Below are positions 13,660 through 27,794 of a DNA stretch of 64,000 nucleotides, in pieces. Made by a program: the position numbers and the translations under genes. Every line of letters starts with the position of its first letter. The stretch's first letter is position 1. Source of the DNA: Phoronis australis (taxonomy: Eukaryota; Animalia; Phoronida). Under the pieces are notes generated by a model. That model was not told where the DNA came from. It did not search any database and saw only the letters and a program-made list of their open reading frames with translations. Location of the stretch: contig NMRA01000722.1 of the NCBI GenBank assembly GCA_002633005.1, positions 1 through 64,000 of the forward strand. Reading direction: 5' to 3'.

Positions 13660-16189
13660 TATGTGCCACCAAAGTAGTCGGACCAGTCTGAAAATTAGCA
13701 ATAGGAGCGAATCTATAAAAAAACTCATGATGGGGAATTTGGAGAAAAGGCAGCACAAGCTATACACAAGACTGATGGAGAGCACATGGACAGAGATGAG
13801 GGCAACATTCACTCAAAGAACATGGGACATAAAAATGTAAAAAATTCCCAACAATCTGGGTTTTGAAAGGTGATGCAAGACATCAAAATGAACATAGGCA
13901 TTATCTGAAACAGATACAGTACAAAATCATTACAAGTTTCCAGAGAGCCTCCACATCGATCTTACAATTAGAGGTTTCCTTTCACAGCACTTTTGAAGAT
14001 ATTACTGCATGCTGAGTTCATTAGATTTCTAACTCACAAGTGGAAACTTATGAGTTCACATGTAGACAAGATGTGAACATTCATTTAAAAAAAATATGCT
14101 TATTTTCAGGAGAAAACATGGCGGTCTTACTTGAGAATTCCTATTCACGAGTGCCAGTCTTGCTTAATTACAAATGACACAGCAAAGAAGAAAAACAGTT
14201 CACAATGTATTATCTTATAAGGTAATTGCATTCTTTTATGGACATTTTAATTTCAGTTACTTATTATCAAACTCCAAGAATGATGAATAATTGACACAAG
14301 ACAATAAACAAATCACTTTTGGGTTTTCTCATAGCAAATGCATCATATCGCAGTTTAGTGACCACACATTATCAGAAACTAGGAACTGCTCTGATTTTTG
14401 AGTCACTTTTTGTTGATTTCTATATCTTTTGTCATGTTTTTCACAACTCGTGAAGATTGAAGGATAAAACAGCGTAATCATCACAGCGTATTCCGTCTCC
14501 TCCGCTCCAGTCTACAGACCTTCGTTGCGCCTGTTTCGGCACTGCCTTTGTCCCAGGTAGTGAACTGGGTCTTTAGATTCGAGGTGTTCTATTTTTTCGC
14601 GGATGCGGAAGGAGAGTGGCTGGTTTCATACTGCGGCCTTGATGAGGTCAGTCCTGATGAGGTCAGTCTGTTAGTTCACTTATTAGATTGTTTTTTATTT
14701 TCACTTAAACGGCTGCAACACCGCCAATGTTAGTGTCAGTTGATATTACATACTTTGTGTACAATACAGTATTTTTAAATGCTTCCTTAGATTTCACTTC
14801 AAAGAATAGTTGATTACCATACATTATGTTACGGCAGGGTCAAATATTCTGGAAACAAATTTGTACTGTCTGGGGAAAGAATCTTGCACTGCCGCATACC
14901 CTGCCTAAATCTGACAGAAATTCTGATTGCAGTTTTGAAATAAAACGGTCTCTTCAAGAAATATTCCTGTCTCTTGCAATGAACACTAATGTTCACTTGA
15001 AGGTGTAGCTATTTCCCCTCGGGTATGCATAAAAAGATAATCATAATACTCCATGCCCTAATGTGATTTTGAGGTAAAGTGTCTAAAAATCTTGCGTTCT
15101 GCCAAGAAGCAATCTTTTAACTCAGACCAACCTCTGTTCTCTACTCAGGAAGTGGTTTCTGAGTTTTCAGAGAATTGATTGTTTATTTTCCATGAGATCA
15201 TGTTCAACCCATAATAAAATGATGTGCGTGACAAGTCAACTTGTAGAGGTGAATGAAGCACTGGCAGTTCCTTGAACACTCTGAAATCACTTCAATTTGA
15301 CTACGGAACAATTTGAAACCAAATTCCTTAAGGTATGTGATCTGTGTAAATCAAAATAAGTTTTATAACATGGAAGGTGAGTTTATACTGTCACTTTAAT
15401 TGTACATTCTATTAAAGAGTATTGTAGATCTCCGAACAAATAACGTAATGCACCTCTAGACGGAAATACAGCAGCGGAGTGAAAACAGTGATGCACACCT
15501 CATTATTTTGACACGTCGTTAACGCTGATTAAAGCTGTTAATTTTTAATGATATATTTCTTCCATGCAAAGCCTGCATCAGATATTTGGTGACTTTTCAT
15601 CTCTAAATAATGTTTTGTTGAATGGAACAGAATTTTTGAAAATCAAGAATTGGCAATTTTCTTAGAAAGATTGCAATTCGCTACTGCTTGACAATATACG
15701 TTTTTTCTATTTTTGTACACTTCCAGAAAGTTACAGTTCCTTGCAAGAAAAGCGAGATCGTGCAAGACCACGGTAAATGCGGAGACTGAAAGGCGAGTGT
15801 TTCATGAGTGTGCTTGAGACATTAAGGTAACATAGCAAAACGACAGCCAATAAAGTGATGGTCTGACCCAACGTTGGAATGTTGAATTATGCAGCAGAAT
15901 TCACTGTTTCTGCTTTGTAAGCAAAAATTTCTCATCACTAGTGCAAACCTAATGTCTTGGATCCACCAAACGGAACAGAAACCAGCTAATTGGGGAAGGC
16001 GTAATAAAAAGTTGACCCATAAACCATACATTAATATCTAAACTTGCAAGTAACATTGTCATAAAACAACACTTATTGTTAAGCAAATTATCAAATTAAC
16101 ATGCACGGTATCAACAACAAACCAATAATTTCAAACCAGCAACTCTAAGGAAATACCAGTCAAAGCCTCTGCTCTAAGTTTCTCCCTAA

Positions 16190-16437
16190 TTACTCTGAAG
16201 GACCAGTACTCCAAAGGATCTGTACTATAAAGGACCAGTACTCCAAAGTGTCTTTACCGTGAAGGACCAGAGTACTCCAAAGGGTCTATACTCCGAAGGA
16301 CCAGTACCTACAATTATGGCCTACACTCCAAGGAGCAGTACTCCAAAGGGTCTATACTCCAAAGGACCTGAGTACCTGCAAAGGATCTATACTACGAACC
16401 ACCATTACCTCCAAAGCATTGCTACTTCAAAGGGTCT
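16190..16437. repeat. Degenerate tandem repeat of TACTCCAAAGG(ACCAG/GTCTA)
   Basis: Recurrent ~15-16-bp subunits. They explain the repetitive start of the 16259 ORF. Confidence 0.75.
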
Positions 16438-17439
16438 TTACTTACTCAAAAAGTGGGAAATCCAAATGGCTACTTTCTCTAAAATAATTTCGCAAAATCA
16501 AACTATTGAAAAAAGTCAAATGCCTACTTGGGTATGCGTAACATTTATGAGAAATTCCATTGTCCAGTTAGATGGTGCCATTATTGTACAAAACATTGTA
16601 TGGTGCCCAAGCTGTGGCCACAGGACAGGTAGCACTGCGGCGGAACAGTTGGGTTGTGGCCACGGGGCATTTTTTTAGTTCCAAGAATATATGTAAACGG
16701 CGTCCGTCTGGTTTGGCGGCTGTTTTGTGGAATGCGTTGAAAATAATTTCAAGAAAACAGATTTGCTGATTTGAACAAGAAAGGCCAAGTTTTTTAGCCA
16801 AAACCTACTTTCGATGCAAAATAGTGGCTGTCATTTCCTTTCAACCCATTGCCTGTTATCTGAGAAACCAGGAGCAATTCAGGTAGCCATCAAACAGATC
16901 AAAATTGCCAAAACAGTAGCTGGTAAGGGGCATACTATGAATACATTTTTAAAATCTAGGGAGTACGAGTATTCTGAACCTATAGTCAGATTTTTTCTAG
17001 CACTTGCAGGGAAGTGGTAATTTTGGGGAGAAAACTGTCAAATTTGGTGTTTTCTGGTGTTTTCTAACATAATAATTTCTGTGTTCCATTTTTTTCCGAT
17101 GTGAATTAACCAATTAAATATCTGTAGCATAATTAAGTTTCAGTTACCATGAGTAGTGCTTGTGAGTTAGGAATGCTACAAAACCCTTGATAAGGACGTG
17201 AGGTCAGAGGACTCATCTCTACTTACGGCAGCCAACACCCTGTAATAACTGTAGTGTGCCCCCACACCTGCGTAGATGACCAGTGGGACACCTTTCCCTA
17301 CATATCTCATACAATGGCCCTACACTTTAGCCGTTGTGTATTGCAAGGGGGCAGTTGTGTTGGTTAAGTCATGACCACACACAGCCTTAAACCTAGAACA
17401 ACTTGCAATGGTGCAGCTTACCCCACTTTTAAACGGAGC

Positions 17440-17805
17440 GTCTACACACCCATATCCGATAACTAGGGCAAGGCAGAAGTTGTCGTTTTGGGCCTGACAA
17501 TGAACACCTAATGCGAGTGTGACACGCAAAAGAAAACCTGTCTGTATGTAATCGCAGCTGATAATTACTTCTGCCCTGCCACACTTTTGCAGCCACACAG
17601 TGATCACATTTGTGGTGCAAGTGGTATTCTAGAACAATTTACCTCACCATGATAATGAGAAGTAGGTAGTCACAAGTGGGGTAAGTTGCACTTTAAAGTT
17701 TAAAAAGCCTTCAGACAGCACTCAAACCTAGGGACAATTCGTTCCAGGAGTAACTTGTTCTTAGGGTAAGTCTGTGTGGATGGCACTTTGGTTATCACGT
17801 TGCAA
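17440..17805 (+). repeat. Dispersed repeat family D, copy 1
   Basis: GTTCCAGGAGTAACTTGTTCT...TGTGTGGATGGCACTTT is found inverted at 55662-55720. Confidence 0.7.
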
Positions 17806-17940
17806 GGGGGCATTTGTGTTATTATCAGCTTGCCTTCACTTGCCTTTGAGTGGTCACCATTATTGCAATTTTTGCGATTAAACTTCCAAAGTTATCAATT
17901 AGGTACAAAATTGATCAAAACATAGCCATCGTTCAGAACT

Positions 17941-18052
17941 TTTATTACTTGGCGGAATTCTTCCGCCAAGTATGTTGGTCTGACAGCAAGTTTTTTTACT
18001 TGTTACTTGGCGAAATAAATTTCGCCAAGTATGTTGCTCTTCCACTAAGTTT

Positions 18053-18093
<41 letters not shown>

Positions 18094-20584
18094 NNNNNNN
18101 NNNNNNNNNNNNNNNNNNNNNNNNNNNNNNNNNNNNNNNNNNNNNNNNNNNNNNNNNNNNNNNNNNNNNNNNNNNNNNNNNNNNNNNNNNNNNNNNNNNN
18201 NNNNNNNNNNNNNNNNNNNNNNNNNNNNNNNNNNNNNNNNNNNNNNNNNNNNNNNNNNNNNNNNNNNNNNNNNNNNNNNNNNNNNNNNNNNNNNNNNNNN
18301 NNNNNNNNNNNNNNNNNNNNNNNNNNNNNNNNNNNNNNNNNNNNNNNNNNNNNNNNNNNNNNNNNNNNNNNNNNNNNNNNNNNNNNNNNNNNNNNNNNNN
18401 NNNNNNNNNNNNNNNNNNNNNNNNNNNNNNNNNNNNNNNNNNNNNNNNNNNNNNNNNNNNNNNNNNNNNNNNNNNNNNNNNNNNNNNNNNNNNNNNNNNN
18501 NNNNNNNNNNNNNNNNNNNNNNNNNNNNNNNNNNNNNNNNNNNNNNNNNNNNNNNNNNNNNNNNNNNNNNNNNNNNNNNNNNNNNNNNNNNNNNNNNNNN
18601 NNNNNNNNNNNNNNNNNNNNNNNNNNNNNNNNNNNNNNNNNNNNNNNNNNNNNNNNNNNNNNNNNNNNNNNNNNNNNNNNNNNNNNNNNNNNNNNNNNNN
18701 NNNNNNNNNNNNNNNNNNNNNNNNNNNNNNNNNNNNNNNNNNNNNNNNNNNNNNNNNNNNNNNNNNNNNNNNNNNNNNNNNNNNNNNNNNNNNNNNNNNN
18801 NNNNNNNNNNNNNNNNNNNNNNNNNNNNNNNNNNNNNNNNNNNNNNNNNNNTCATCTTCGTCATCATCTCCGTCGTTGTCTTTTCCGTTATTTTCGCCAA
18901 GTGTCGCACAAGACTGTAGCCTTTTTCTTACTGATTTCGGACCTCTACGTTCGCCATGTGTATGTTATTAATACTTCTTTTTTTCACCATCGTCGTCATA
19001 TTCGTCATCTTTGTCATCATCTTTATCGTCATCTTTTTGGTTAATTTCGCCAAGGTTCGCTCCTCGGAGCGCTTTCATTTTTTGTTTGTTCCCACTCTAC
19101 AGGTCGCAATTTTGGTCCGATTTTCACAAAATTTGCACACAACGTGTAGATCGGAAAGTCCTAGAAGCCTATTGTTTTTGGTCATGATCGGATACAAAAT
19201 GGCGGACGTGGCGGCCATTTTGTATCCGATTTCACAGTCAAATGCTCGCAGAGGCCACATTTTTCGACGTACATGGCTGAAAATCAATACGAATTTACTA
19301 CAATGCATGTGCTACAACTGTGCAGAAAATCATAGACTTCCGGTTAAATTTGGCGGAAATATTGGACGTGGCGCATGCGCACCCCGAAATATGGCTAAAA
19401 ACGTTTTCTCGTGTAGGGGGCGCATTTGCAAACCAATCACTTTCAAACTGGTCACGTGTTTGTTGAGTTTAATAAGCTTTTATAAAAAATTATTGAACCG
19501 GAAGTCACTTTCAAGATGGCGGCTGTGGCGCAGGTTCACACGGTTTCAATCGCTCTTGTGTCGCATTTTTTATGGGAAGAGCAAATGACGTGAATTTTTG
19601 CATGTGGATTCCTTGAAGTATGGCCTTTCAAAAAGTCTGCGAGAGCATATTTCTCAGACTTACCGTTTTCGAGTTATTTGACTTTGAATTTAAAAAAAAA
19701 ACGGCAAATTTTTCAATTTTCTCGAAACATTTTTGGATTTTTGCCAAACTACCGCTTTAGATAGAATTTTGAATGGGCTTTCAGAAGATATTTTCCATTT
19801 TGCGCTACGACGTCTACTTTTTGAATTATTCGAGATTTTCGGATACCGTTATTCCAATGCAAGCACGTAGCTGGCTCGCTTTCAGTTCACTTTGTTTTGG
19901 TTATGCCTAGTTGACCCAGACTGACCCAGCCAGCACTGTCCTACTGTAAAGCATGCCTCGTCCGTAATGTTGCGCCATCTATTGTTCTTTACTGTAGTTG
20001 ATTGTATGCTCTATCAAAGTACGTAGAGTTGTGGACGGGCTTTCAGACGATATTTTCCATTTTGCGCTACAACTACTTTTGAATTATTCGAATGCCGTTG
20101 TTCCTTCGGTCACCTGTGAAAAGACGCAGCTGGCTGGCTTTCAGTTCACTTTATTTTGGTTATGCCTAGTTGACCCAGACTGACCCAGCCAGCACTGTCC
20201 TAGTGCAGATTGGACCGTCATGTTGCGCCATCTATTGTTCTTTATTGTAGTTGACTGTATGCTCTCTATTTGATTTCTTTGCTAGTCACATGAATGTTAT
20301 CGTGTTTGCCAAACTACCACTTTAGATAGAGTTTTGAACGGGCTTTCATTCTTTATTGTAGTTGATTGTATGCTCTCTATTTGATTTCTTCGCTAGTCAC
20401 ATGAATGTTATCGTGTTTGCCAAACTACCACTTTAGATAGAGTTTTGAAAGGGCTTTCATTCTTTATTGTAGTTGATTGTATGCTCTCTATTTGATTTCT
20501 TCGCTAGTCACATGAATGATATCGTGTTCGTCGTCTTTTCGATTAATTCCGCCACGTGTCGCTCCTCCGAGCGCTCTCGTTTAG
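17941..20584. mobile_element. Hairpin-ended non-autonomous element (family A), outer copy with a nested inner copy (~18001-19080) spanning the gap
   Basis: Terminal hairpins at 17946-17972 and 18004-18031. Opposite ends of the form ...CGCTCCTC.GAGCGCT.TC at ~19075 and ~20580. Internal 259-bp and 111-bp tandem duplications. Strong similarity to 41384-42588. Confidence 0.8.
18094..18851. other. Assembly gap preceded by a poly-T run
   Basis: 758 Ns following ~40 T. Confidence 1.
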
Positions 20585-23500
20585 AATAGCAACAACTTTC
20601 AGTTGTCTTTGGGACACCCAATAATATTTGGTTTCTTAAGTACAGAATTTTTGAAGTTTGGACCCTTCAGAATAGACAACAAAGAAAACAGAGTTTGTAA
20701 CTACATTGTATTCTAGCAGACCTTTGGAATAAGAACACAATATGATATGTATTGCGTCTTTACTCTGTAAGTCGATATTCCCATCAGGAAAACTTCAGAG
20801 TAATGACACTTCAGAGTAAAGGACCTTTCGAGTAATAACCCGACAGCCATGTGAAATTTCTTTCACTACACTCTATAAATTTCACATCAAGCGGTACACC
20901 ACTGCATTACAAAACAGAATTATAACTCCCGATAACAAGCCTGTGCCCTGCAGCCACTTGAAAATTAGGACTTAAAAAAGCCATTACACAACTGCTGCTG
21001 GGGTCAGGTCATGTGTCGGGTCAGGTCATCCTTGTGTCACTACATGCTGAGACAATATGGCTAATTAGGGTTAATGAGTCAGAACATATTGGTGGTGAAG
21101 TGGTCACATCAATGTTATCTTAACTGATAATACTGAGACAACACATGTTACCCAGTACTTATACACATGTAAACAGACTGCTAGCTAACAACCTGATCAA
21201 TTCTGCAGTAGCTAAAATCTGCATGAGTTCAGCAACATTAGGACCTTGCTAAGAGAAAGACTTCGAGAGATTACGCGAGATATTGCCATGTCTTTTAAAT
21301 GTGAACACATGACTTAAGCAAGATTTTAATGAGGTCCTAGGGAAGGTGCCAGCGTTACTGAAATGTTCCCTGGAATATCCGGTAAAAATACTCCAATGTG
21401 GGACAGTGACGAAATAATTACTTTATTCAAGGTTGGAGCTTATCCCAAATTCTAGAAATAGACAATAATATTAGCCATCTCACATTCAAGAATTACCAGA
21501 AATATGGCAAAATTACCTATATTGTAAACACATTGTCTGAAATTTGATAAATATGGTAAAAGCAAAAATTACCATTCGTTCAAATTCTAGGCTCAATAAA
21601 ATTCAATTTTTTGGGAGTTTCCATTTCCGAAATTAAAGAGACTGCCCAAATTGGTAAATATTCTACCGATACAGGTGAATTTTCTGTATCATCTCCGTCC
21701 TTACTTAAAACATTTTTCCCTTAAACATTTCCATGCTTTTTCCATGTTCGATAAACACAGAAGACCATAAAATTTGTACTGAGGTCAAAAGCGCTGCCTA
21801 CAAATTTTTGCTTTCATCTTCACCAGGATAGGCTAGTGTCTGTCAGAAGTACTGCTGACACAGACCAAGCTGAAGACCAGTTTAACTGACTAATGCTATC
21901 TGTAGTAACCATAGACATGCATAAACCCATCCAAATACTTGGAAAATTAATTTTTAGGGTCCCAAATTAACATACAAAATCACACACATCGTCATGGGAA
22001 TAATTTAGAATAATTGTATCCATTCTTCTCTTGGTAATGAAGTTACGCTGAACCTCCCGTGCCTGACAGTCACCTTCCCCATGTAGAAATAATTGTTACA
22101 GTTAAACACACTGGGCCATACTAGTCAACGAGTGGTCGGAATGTAGTGCAAGACATTCACATGTGAAAGGCAGGGAGGTCACGTGCTTCACTAGTACAGT
22201 AATGCATGGTGATATCTTGTGAAGACTTGCGTGATCTAGGAAACATTTTAAAAAGATCGCCCAATAGACCACAACCCATACAAATGCAACTTGCTCATAT
22301 GAACATTCTCTTTTTATAAAAGGGAATGACGACCAGTGCTATGTCTTACCAGCCACAGAAACTGTGAAGTATGATACAAGTCACTTTTATCTCATAACAA
22401 TTTAGTCTTTTGTTTCAATGAAATGACTGAGGGGTTTATTTTCATGACTGGATTTTGGGTCTAAATGGGATTTGCTAACTTTATTCCAGACACCCATAGT
22501 ACCTAGAAAAAGATGGATTTCCCAGTTTTGAGCAAAATTTGTCACATTATGGCAGCTATGACTTACCCACGCCCAATTGCATTTTTTATGAAAAAAAACA
22601 CACACACAATAACATGACTACAAACAGAAACTGCACTATTTTCATGCGCACTGTAGGTTTATGAGCTCGTTAAGGTTTCACAGGTTGACGGGTTGTACAC
22701 TAAAGATGTTTAAACAAGTGTGACAATTGGTAGAGAAGGTATTCATTCACCATAAACTTCTAACTGGATGCTCAGGGATGTGTTTTAATGAAAGCAAATG
22801 TTGGAGTTTATCCTTTCATAAATTTTGGACTTTATTATAGTTATTGTCTTACTACTGGTGTCTAATTTCCAAAATATGCTAGAAATTTGTCACATGGTAT
22901 CCACCAATGTGACAAGAAGCTAAGTAACATTCTGTGTCAGTTGGTGTAGCTGACTCTATCACTACGTTTCTCCATAGAACATCAGTCAAAATAGATTCTT
23001 CAGTGAACGCCATCGATCCGGCATCTTTTTCCTCGTCATCGTCATCTTCTGATAACAAAATGGTTTTATACTCACACCGAGCCTCTTCCTGCATTACGTT
23101 TTCATTCGCAGTGTCTGATTCGTCAGATATGTTGTGATGCATAATCAACTGTATCAACCATGGGCAAATAGGGGACTCGGATAAGTCAGTGGTACTGCAA
23201 CACTGAGTAAGTAAAATCAGTTTTTAAAAATCTTAAGATTAATCTATGGTTTACTATTTTAACAATCATTCATTAACGGGTTATAGTTTTTAAAAATCTA
23301 AAATTATGGATTATTTAGGATATAGTTTAACTGATCAATGTCATCTTAATTCTTAACATTCACTAGATTCCCAATCAGGGAATAGTCTGCAAAGGACTAT
23401 TTTCACCAACATCTTCAAGCAGAAAACATTCTTTGTCTAATCTCAAAACAACCATTACGAGACACAAAAAGAGAACAAAGCGGCAGCAAATGACAGACAT

Positions 23501-25504
23501 TATGGAAGAGGTTGCTGTAAAAGACTACAACTGTTGACGTGAATAAAATCAATGGGTGCGATCCCCTGATAGTTATTGGCTATACTAAGGCTGCACTGAT
23601 TTCTATTGATCCAATAAAACTGATACCCGAACTACGTCAAACTCTCAAACTAACAGCTAGTTAGTTCTTGAATATTAAGTTGATGTCACATGACAGACAT
23701 TTGCAACAATTCCTCAACAGCACGTTTGAAACTGGCACTTGCACTGACTTGTACTTGTTACATTTTCACCTAAACAATATTCATCATAAAATGGATCATC
23801 TTAACACCGTGTAAGGTTAAAAATAAACACCCACTGCTGCGTTGGATAAAATCTTGAAGTAAAAGCTGATTTTACACGACTAAAATTAAAATCTTAACTC
23901 ATATGTTGGCAAAATGCCTCGGATTCCCTCAAAAATGCAGACGCCACCGGTCGCTTCCTAATAACTACATTCAAGTTATCAAGGGACCAACACAGTGTGT
24001 TCCTTCTATGACATCACATCACCAGGAGGCGCAGCAAGCAGTGCATCAAAGTTCCTTAATCATTTACTAAATGTATGAAATTCAAAATTCCAAATTCTTT
24101 TATAGTCAGATTTATGGGCCCCAGAGATCTTTAATCTTGATTCAAGTCAACAATCCAAAAATATGTAATAGTGACTTTTAAGTTCACAGAGGATAACTAC
24201 AAAACTCAACTTACAAAGTATGAACAAATCTTAATTCAAATAAGTTCAAATATCGAATTCAAGCCAACCATCTATTCATTCACCAGGAAACTTCTTAACC
24301 ATTAAAGATTTTTCATTCTATCTATTCTTCCAAATGCTGCAGAGGGCTGTTTAAGAAATTTAATATGTTTGCTAATGACAATATGAGGCCAAAGAAATGG
24401 AACTTTCATTACTGATAATCAGAGACATACGTTCATTTGGTCGAGAATCAGAGAAAATCTTATTGATTGTCTCCTGAAGTAACAATTTTCGCAAATTAGA
24501 CAGAAGAGGGTAATGGGCAATAGATCACACTGCTTTCAGCCAGGAAACACCTTTTCTCAACTATTAATGTTCTCACAGACATCATCTTCCATTATAGCAC
24601 AGCATTTAGGGTTCAGTTTGATTTTCAGCTCACTATTTCTGGGTTTTATAGCCCAAACCTAACTGGAAATGTAATGCCCAATACAGTCTGCCATGACACT
24701 GAGACTGTTAGGGTGGAAATGCATTTATAAAGCCCCATTTACCTGGGAGACAAATGACATGGAGCAACTATTACAGGGAACTGCTGATGGGTACAAGTGT
24801 TGGTGTTAACACCGACTGACAAGGAGCAAATTGACAAACGGCAGCCATTTTTGACACCAGGGGGATTGATAGGAAGTTGCACTGGATCAGCTGCTCCAGT
24901 TTCAACTAGTACAAACACAACTGGGGCAAGGTGGAAAGGGGTCATCTTTCAATGGCCTTGCACTTGCGTAAATATGGATGATTGGCTGGCATTTCACATT
25001 GGAGGTTCTCTATTGTTGATGCAAGCTTGACAGTCTTCATGTAAATGACTCATGCTGGTCCAGTTTACAATATAATGTTGTGCAAATGTGACTAAAGTGG
25101 AGCAAATCTCGCCACCATGACAACTGTTCCCTTGTAAAAAACAGCTATAGTGACTAACAGCACCTCAAGGTTTTGCATACCGTTTAAATAACAGAATAAA
25201 CACAGTCAGAATCAAATACTTTAGTTTCTGTGATAAAATCCTGTTCAGTGTTTTATTCAGTAACTCTCATTATTGACCGAAAAAGGCTTTTTGTGATTAA
25301 AATGAAACAAAAATATGTTTTATGGTTAAAGCCGAGTCCAACATTTCAGCCCTACTCATGACATTACTAAATGATCTGGGGCCCAGTGGTTACATTTTGG
25401 GATCTGTTTCAATTGCTTCATTCACACATGTATTAACATTTTGAAAACACGTCCGAAAGTCGTCGTCGTCCGTTGATAACATCATATATATATATATATA
25501 TATA

Positions 25505-26060
25505 CTTACTAAATTTCGTAAAGATCCTGCAAACGATCTAGGAGATATGGCCATAAGGTGCAAAAAAACAAAACTGCCACTAGGAGGTGCCACAGTAGTC
25601 GAAATCGTCGGAAAATTATCGTCAACCGTTCTCTTCATAGATACATGCCAATTTTCACAATCATCCTTTGAGCGTTTTGGTTGATAGAGGGGTGGACGTA
25701 AAAAACAAACTCGAAAACAGTAAAAATTGCCATTAGGTGGCTCAAACTATGTCGAATCCATCCCAAAACGGAAAGATAGCGTCATCTCACTAATAGATGC
25801 CTACATACTAAAATTCATGAAAATCAGTTAAGGACTTTCGAAGATAGATAAGCACATACATGCCAATTTTCACAATCATACTTTGAGCGGTTTGGTTGAG
25901 AGTGGTGGACGCAAAAAAGACTCGAAAACAGAAAAAAATGGCCACTACGTGGCGCAAACTACATCAAATCCATCCGAAAACGGAAGGATAGCGTCATCTC
26001 ACTAATAGGTGCCTACATACCACATTTAATGAAAATCCGTTAAGGATTTTTGACGATACA
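25505..26060 (+). mobile_element. Family B repeat with an internal 215-bp tandem duplication
   Basis: ATACATGCCAATTTTCACAATCAT at 25641 and 25856. GCCAYTASGWGG motifs at 25576, 25729 and 25941. Abuts a (TA)n tract. Confidence 0.65.
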
Positions 26061-26929
26061 AAGCAATGGGGAGCAGATAACCTCTTGACACAGATATCTT
26101 AATTATGAAATCAAATAACCATTGAAGTGTTTGTGAGACATGCAGTATTGTTCTGTAGTAGCCCTCAATTCTATACCTTCATCACAAAGAGCTTCCTATT
26201 CCTTCTATTGTTATGCATGTGCTGGCATTGACTTACACTAATTAATCTGTGTATCTAACACACTTTTCATGACAGATACTAAAGTTTTCTTTGTTAATTT
26301 GCAGTACACACTAACGACCAATGGCATTTTCCAAAGCATTCCTGACAGGTCTTAAAACAGCATGCACCAACTAATTTTATGAAAATTCAGCAAGCAAAAA
26401 ATGGAGAGGTTAAAATCAAGGGTATTTTGAAAATCAATCCTGTGGTGGACAGCGAAACTTGACGATGTGTTAGTTTGTAGTGCCCATAACTGTTGCCTGT
26501 GCTGCCAAGATTTGTTCTTTGTATTTCATTCTGTCACATCTAGTCATGAGTGAGGTGCCACTCTCATTCCTGTGTGTCTGTGTTGTTGACTGAAACACCC
26601 AAGTGCTCACACTCCATCACTGAGGGGCTCTTTGAACAATAATGCAAGGCACGACGCCACATATTCAAAATACACACCAATGCAATGTCTGGGAAATTAA
26701 AGTAGGAAAAAGGGAACCGTGACAATGTGATAATAAACCACTACTCAAAAGTGCCCTTTCTCCAGCTGTACCCCTCCCAGTCGCCCATTCTCCAACTGTC
26801 CCCCTCCCAGTCACCATACAGATCTCACCAAATTGTCCATCCGAGATTGTATCTTATGGTTGGGCAAAATGCTCACCAGATACTAGACAGGCAAAATCCC
26901 AGTAACAAAATACCCACAAAAATGGACAA

Positions 26930-27160
26930 CACCCCTCACAAATCGTTCCTGTAGGACAGAACCCCCTCACAAACCGCCTACAGGACTACAACCCTCGCAA
27001 ACCGCCTATAAAGGACAGTACCTTTCACAAACCGCCTATAGGACTGCACCCCCTCACAAACCACCTATAGGACTGCAACCCTCAGAAACCACCTATAGGA
27101 CTGCACCCCCTCACAAACCACATATAGGACTGCAACCCTCACAAACTGTTCCTGTAGGAT
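26930..27160. repeat. Minisatellite, ~29-30-bp unit CCCTCACAAACCGCCTATAGGACTGCAC
   Basis: About 8 copies. Confidence 0.9.
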
Positions 27161-27794
27161 AGCCACTGTCATATTAGTCTCTGGAAAACCGAGTTGCATT
27201 CAACATCGCCACGATTGGTTTTTAATACATATAGACTGGATCAGTGCAACTCGCTAAATCGTTGCAACAGGGTTAGTTTTGTTAATAGCCAAGAGGATTG
27301 ATTTTCAAACATGCTCGATTTGCAAGTGTTGACTGAATATGCTTAGCAGGATTGACTTTATCAAGTTAGCATCGAATTCATGCTGTGAGACTGAATCTTC
27401 AAGACAACATACAATTTTAAAAACCATGGAATATTTGAGACTGAATTTATTAAAAATGTTTTTAATTAACAAAATAGGATAGATTTTCATGTCAAATACT
27501 TGTTGCACATACCACTGGCCATAAGTAACAGATATATGCTATCCTTTCTGAAGAGCCATTGATATCCAGATGTCTGGGATGGCACCAGTGAACTGTCTGA
27601 GTTAACATATTGAATGAGTTTAGTGGCAAGATGTTCGAAGAGAACAAAACGAGCACTTGCAGCAGATTTCGTTGCATTGATTTAACCTTGCTATTATATG
27701 AATGAAATTCATATCAATTTCACATATGTGGGAAAACATCGGCAGTTTTTATGGTCTGCGCACGGAGCAAAATGGTTAGAAACTAGGAAGTCTG

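Noticed and set aside
14530-14670. Hammerhead-like fragments (CTGATGAG on +; GGACAAA-GGC-AGT-GCC-GAAAC on -)
   Set aside because: Neither has a complete core with helix III and a cleavage triplet.
17850-18971. 373-aa and 336-aa ORFs
   Set aside because: Artefacts of the poly-T run and the N gap.
18956-19588. 210-aa ORF
   Set aside because: Lies in repeat family A, has no recognisable domain, and the homologous copy at 41.4-41.9 kb gives only a shorter ORF.
25826-26047. Two minus-strand TCCTTAAC branch-like motifs
   Set aside because: Part of the family B duplication, with no AC at suitable spacing.
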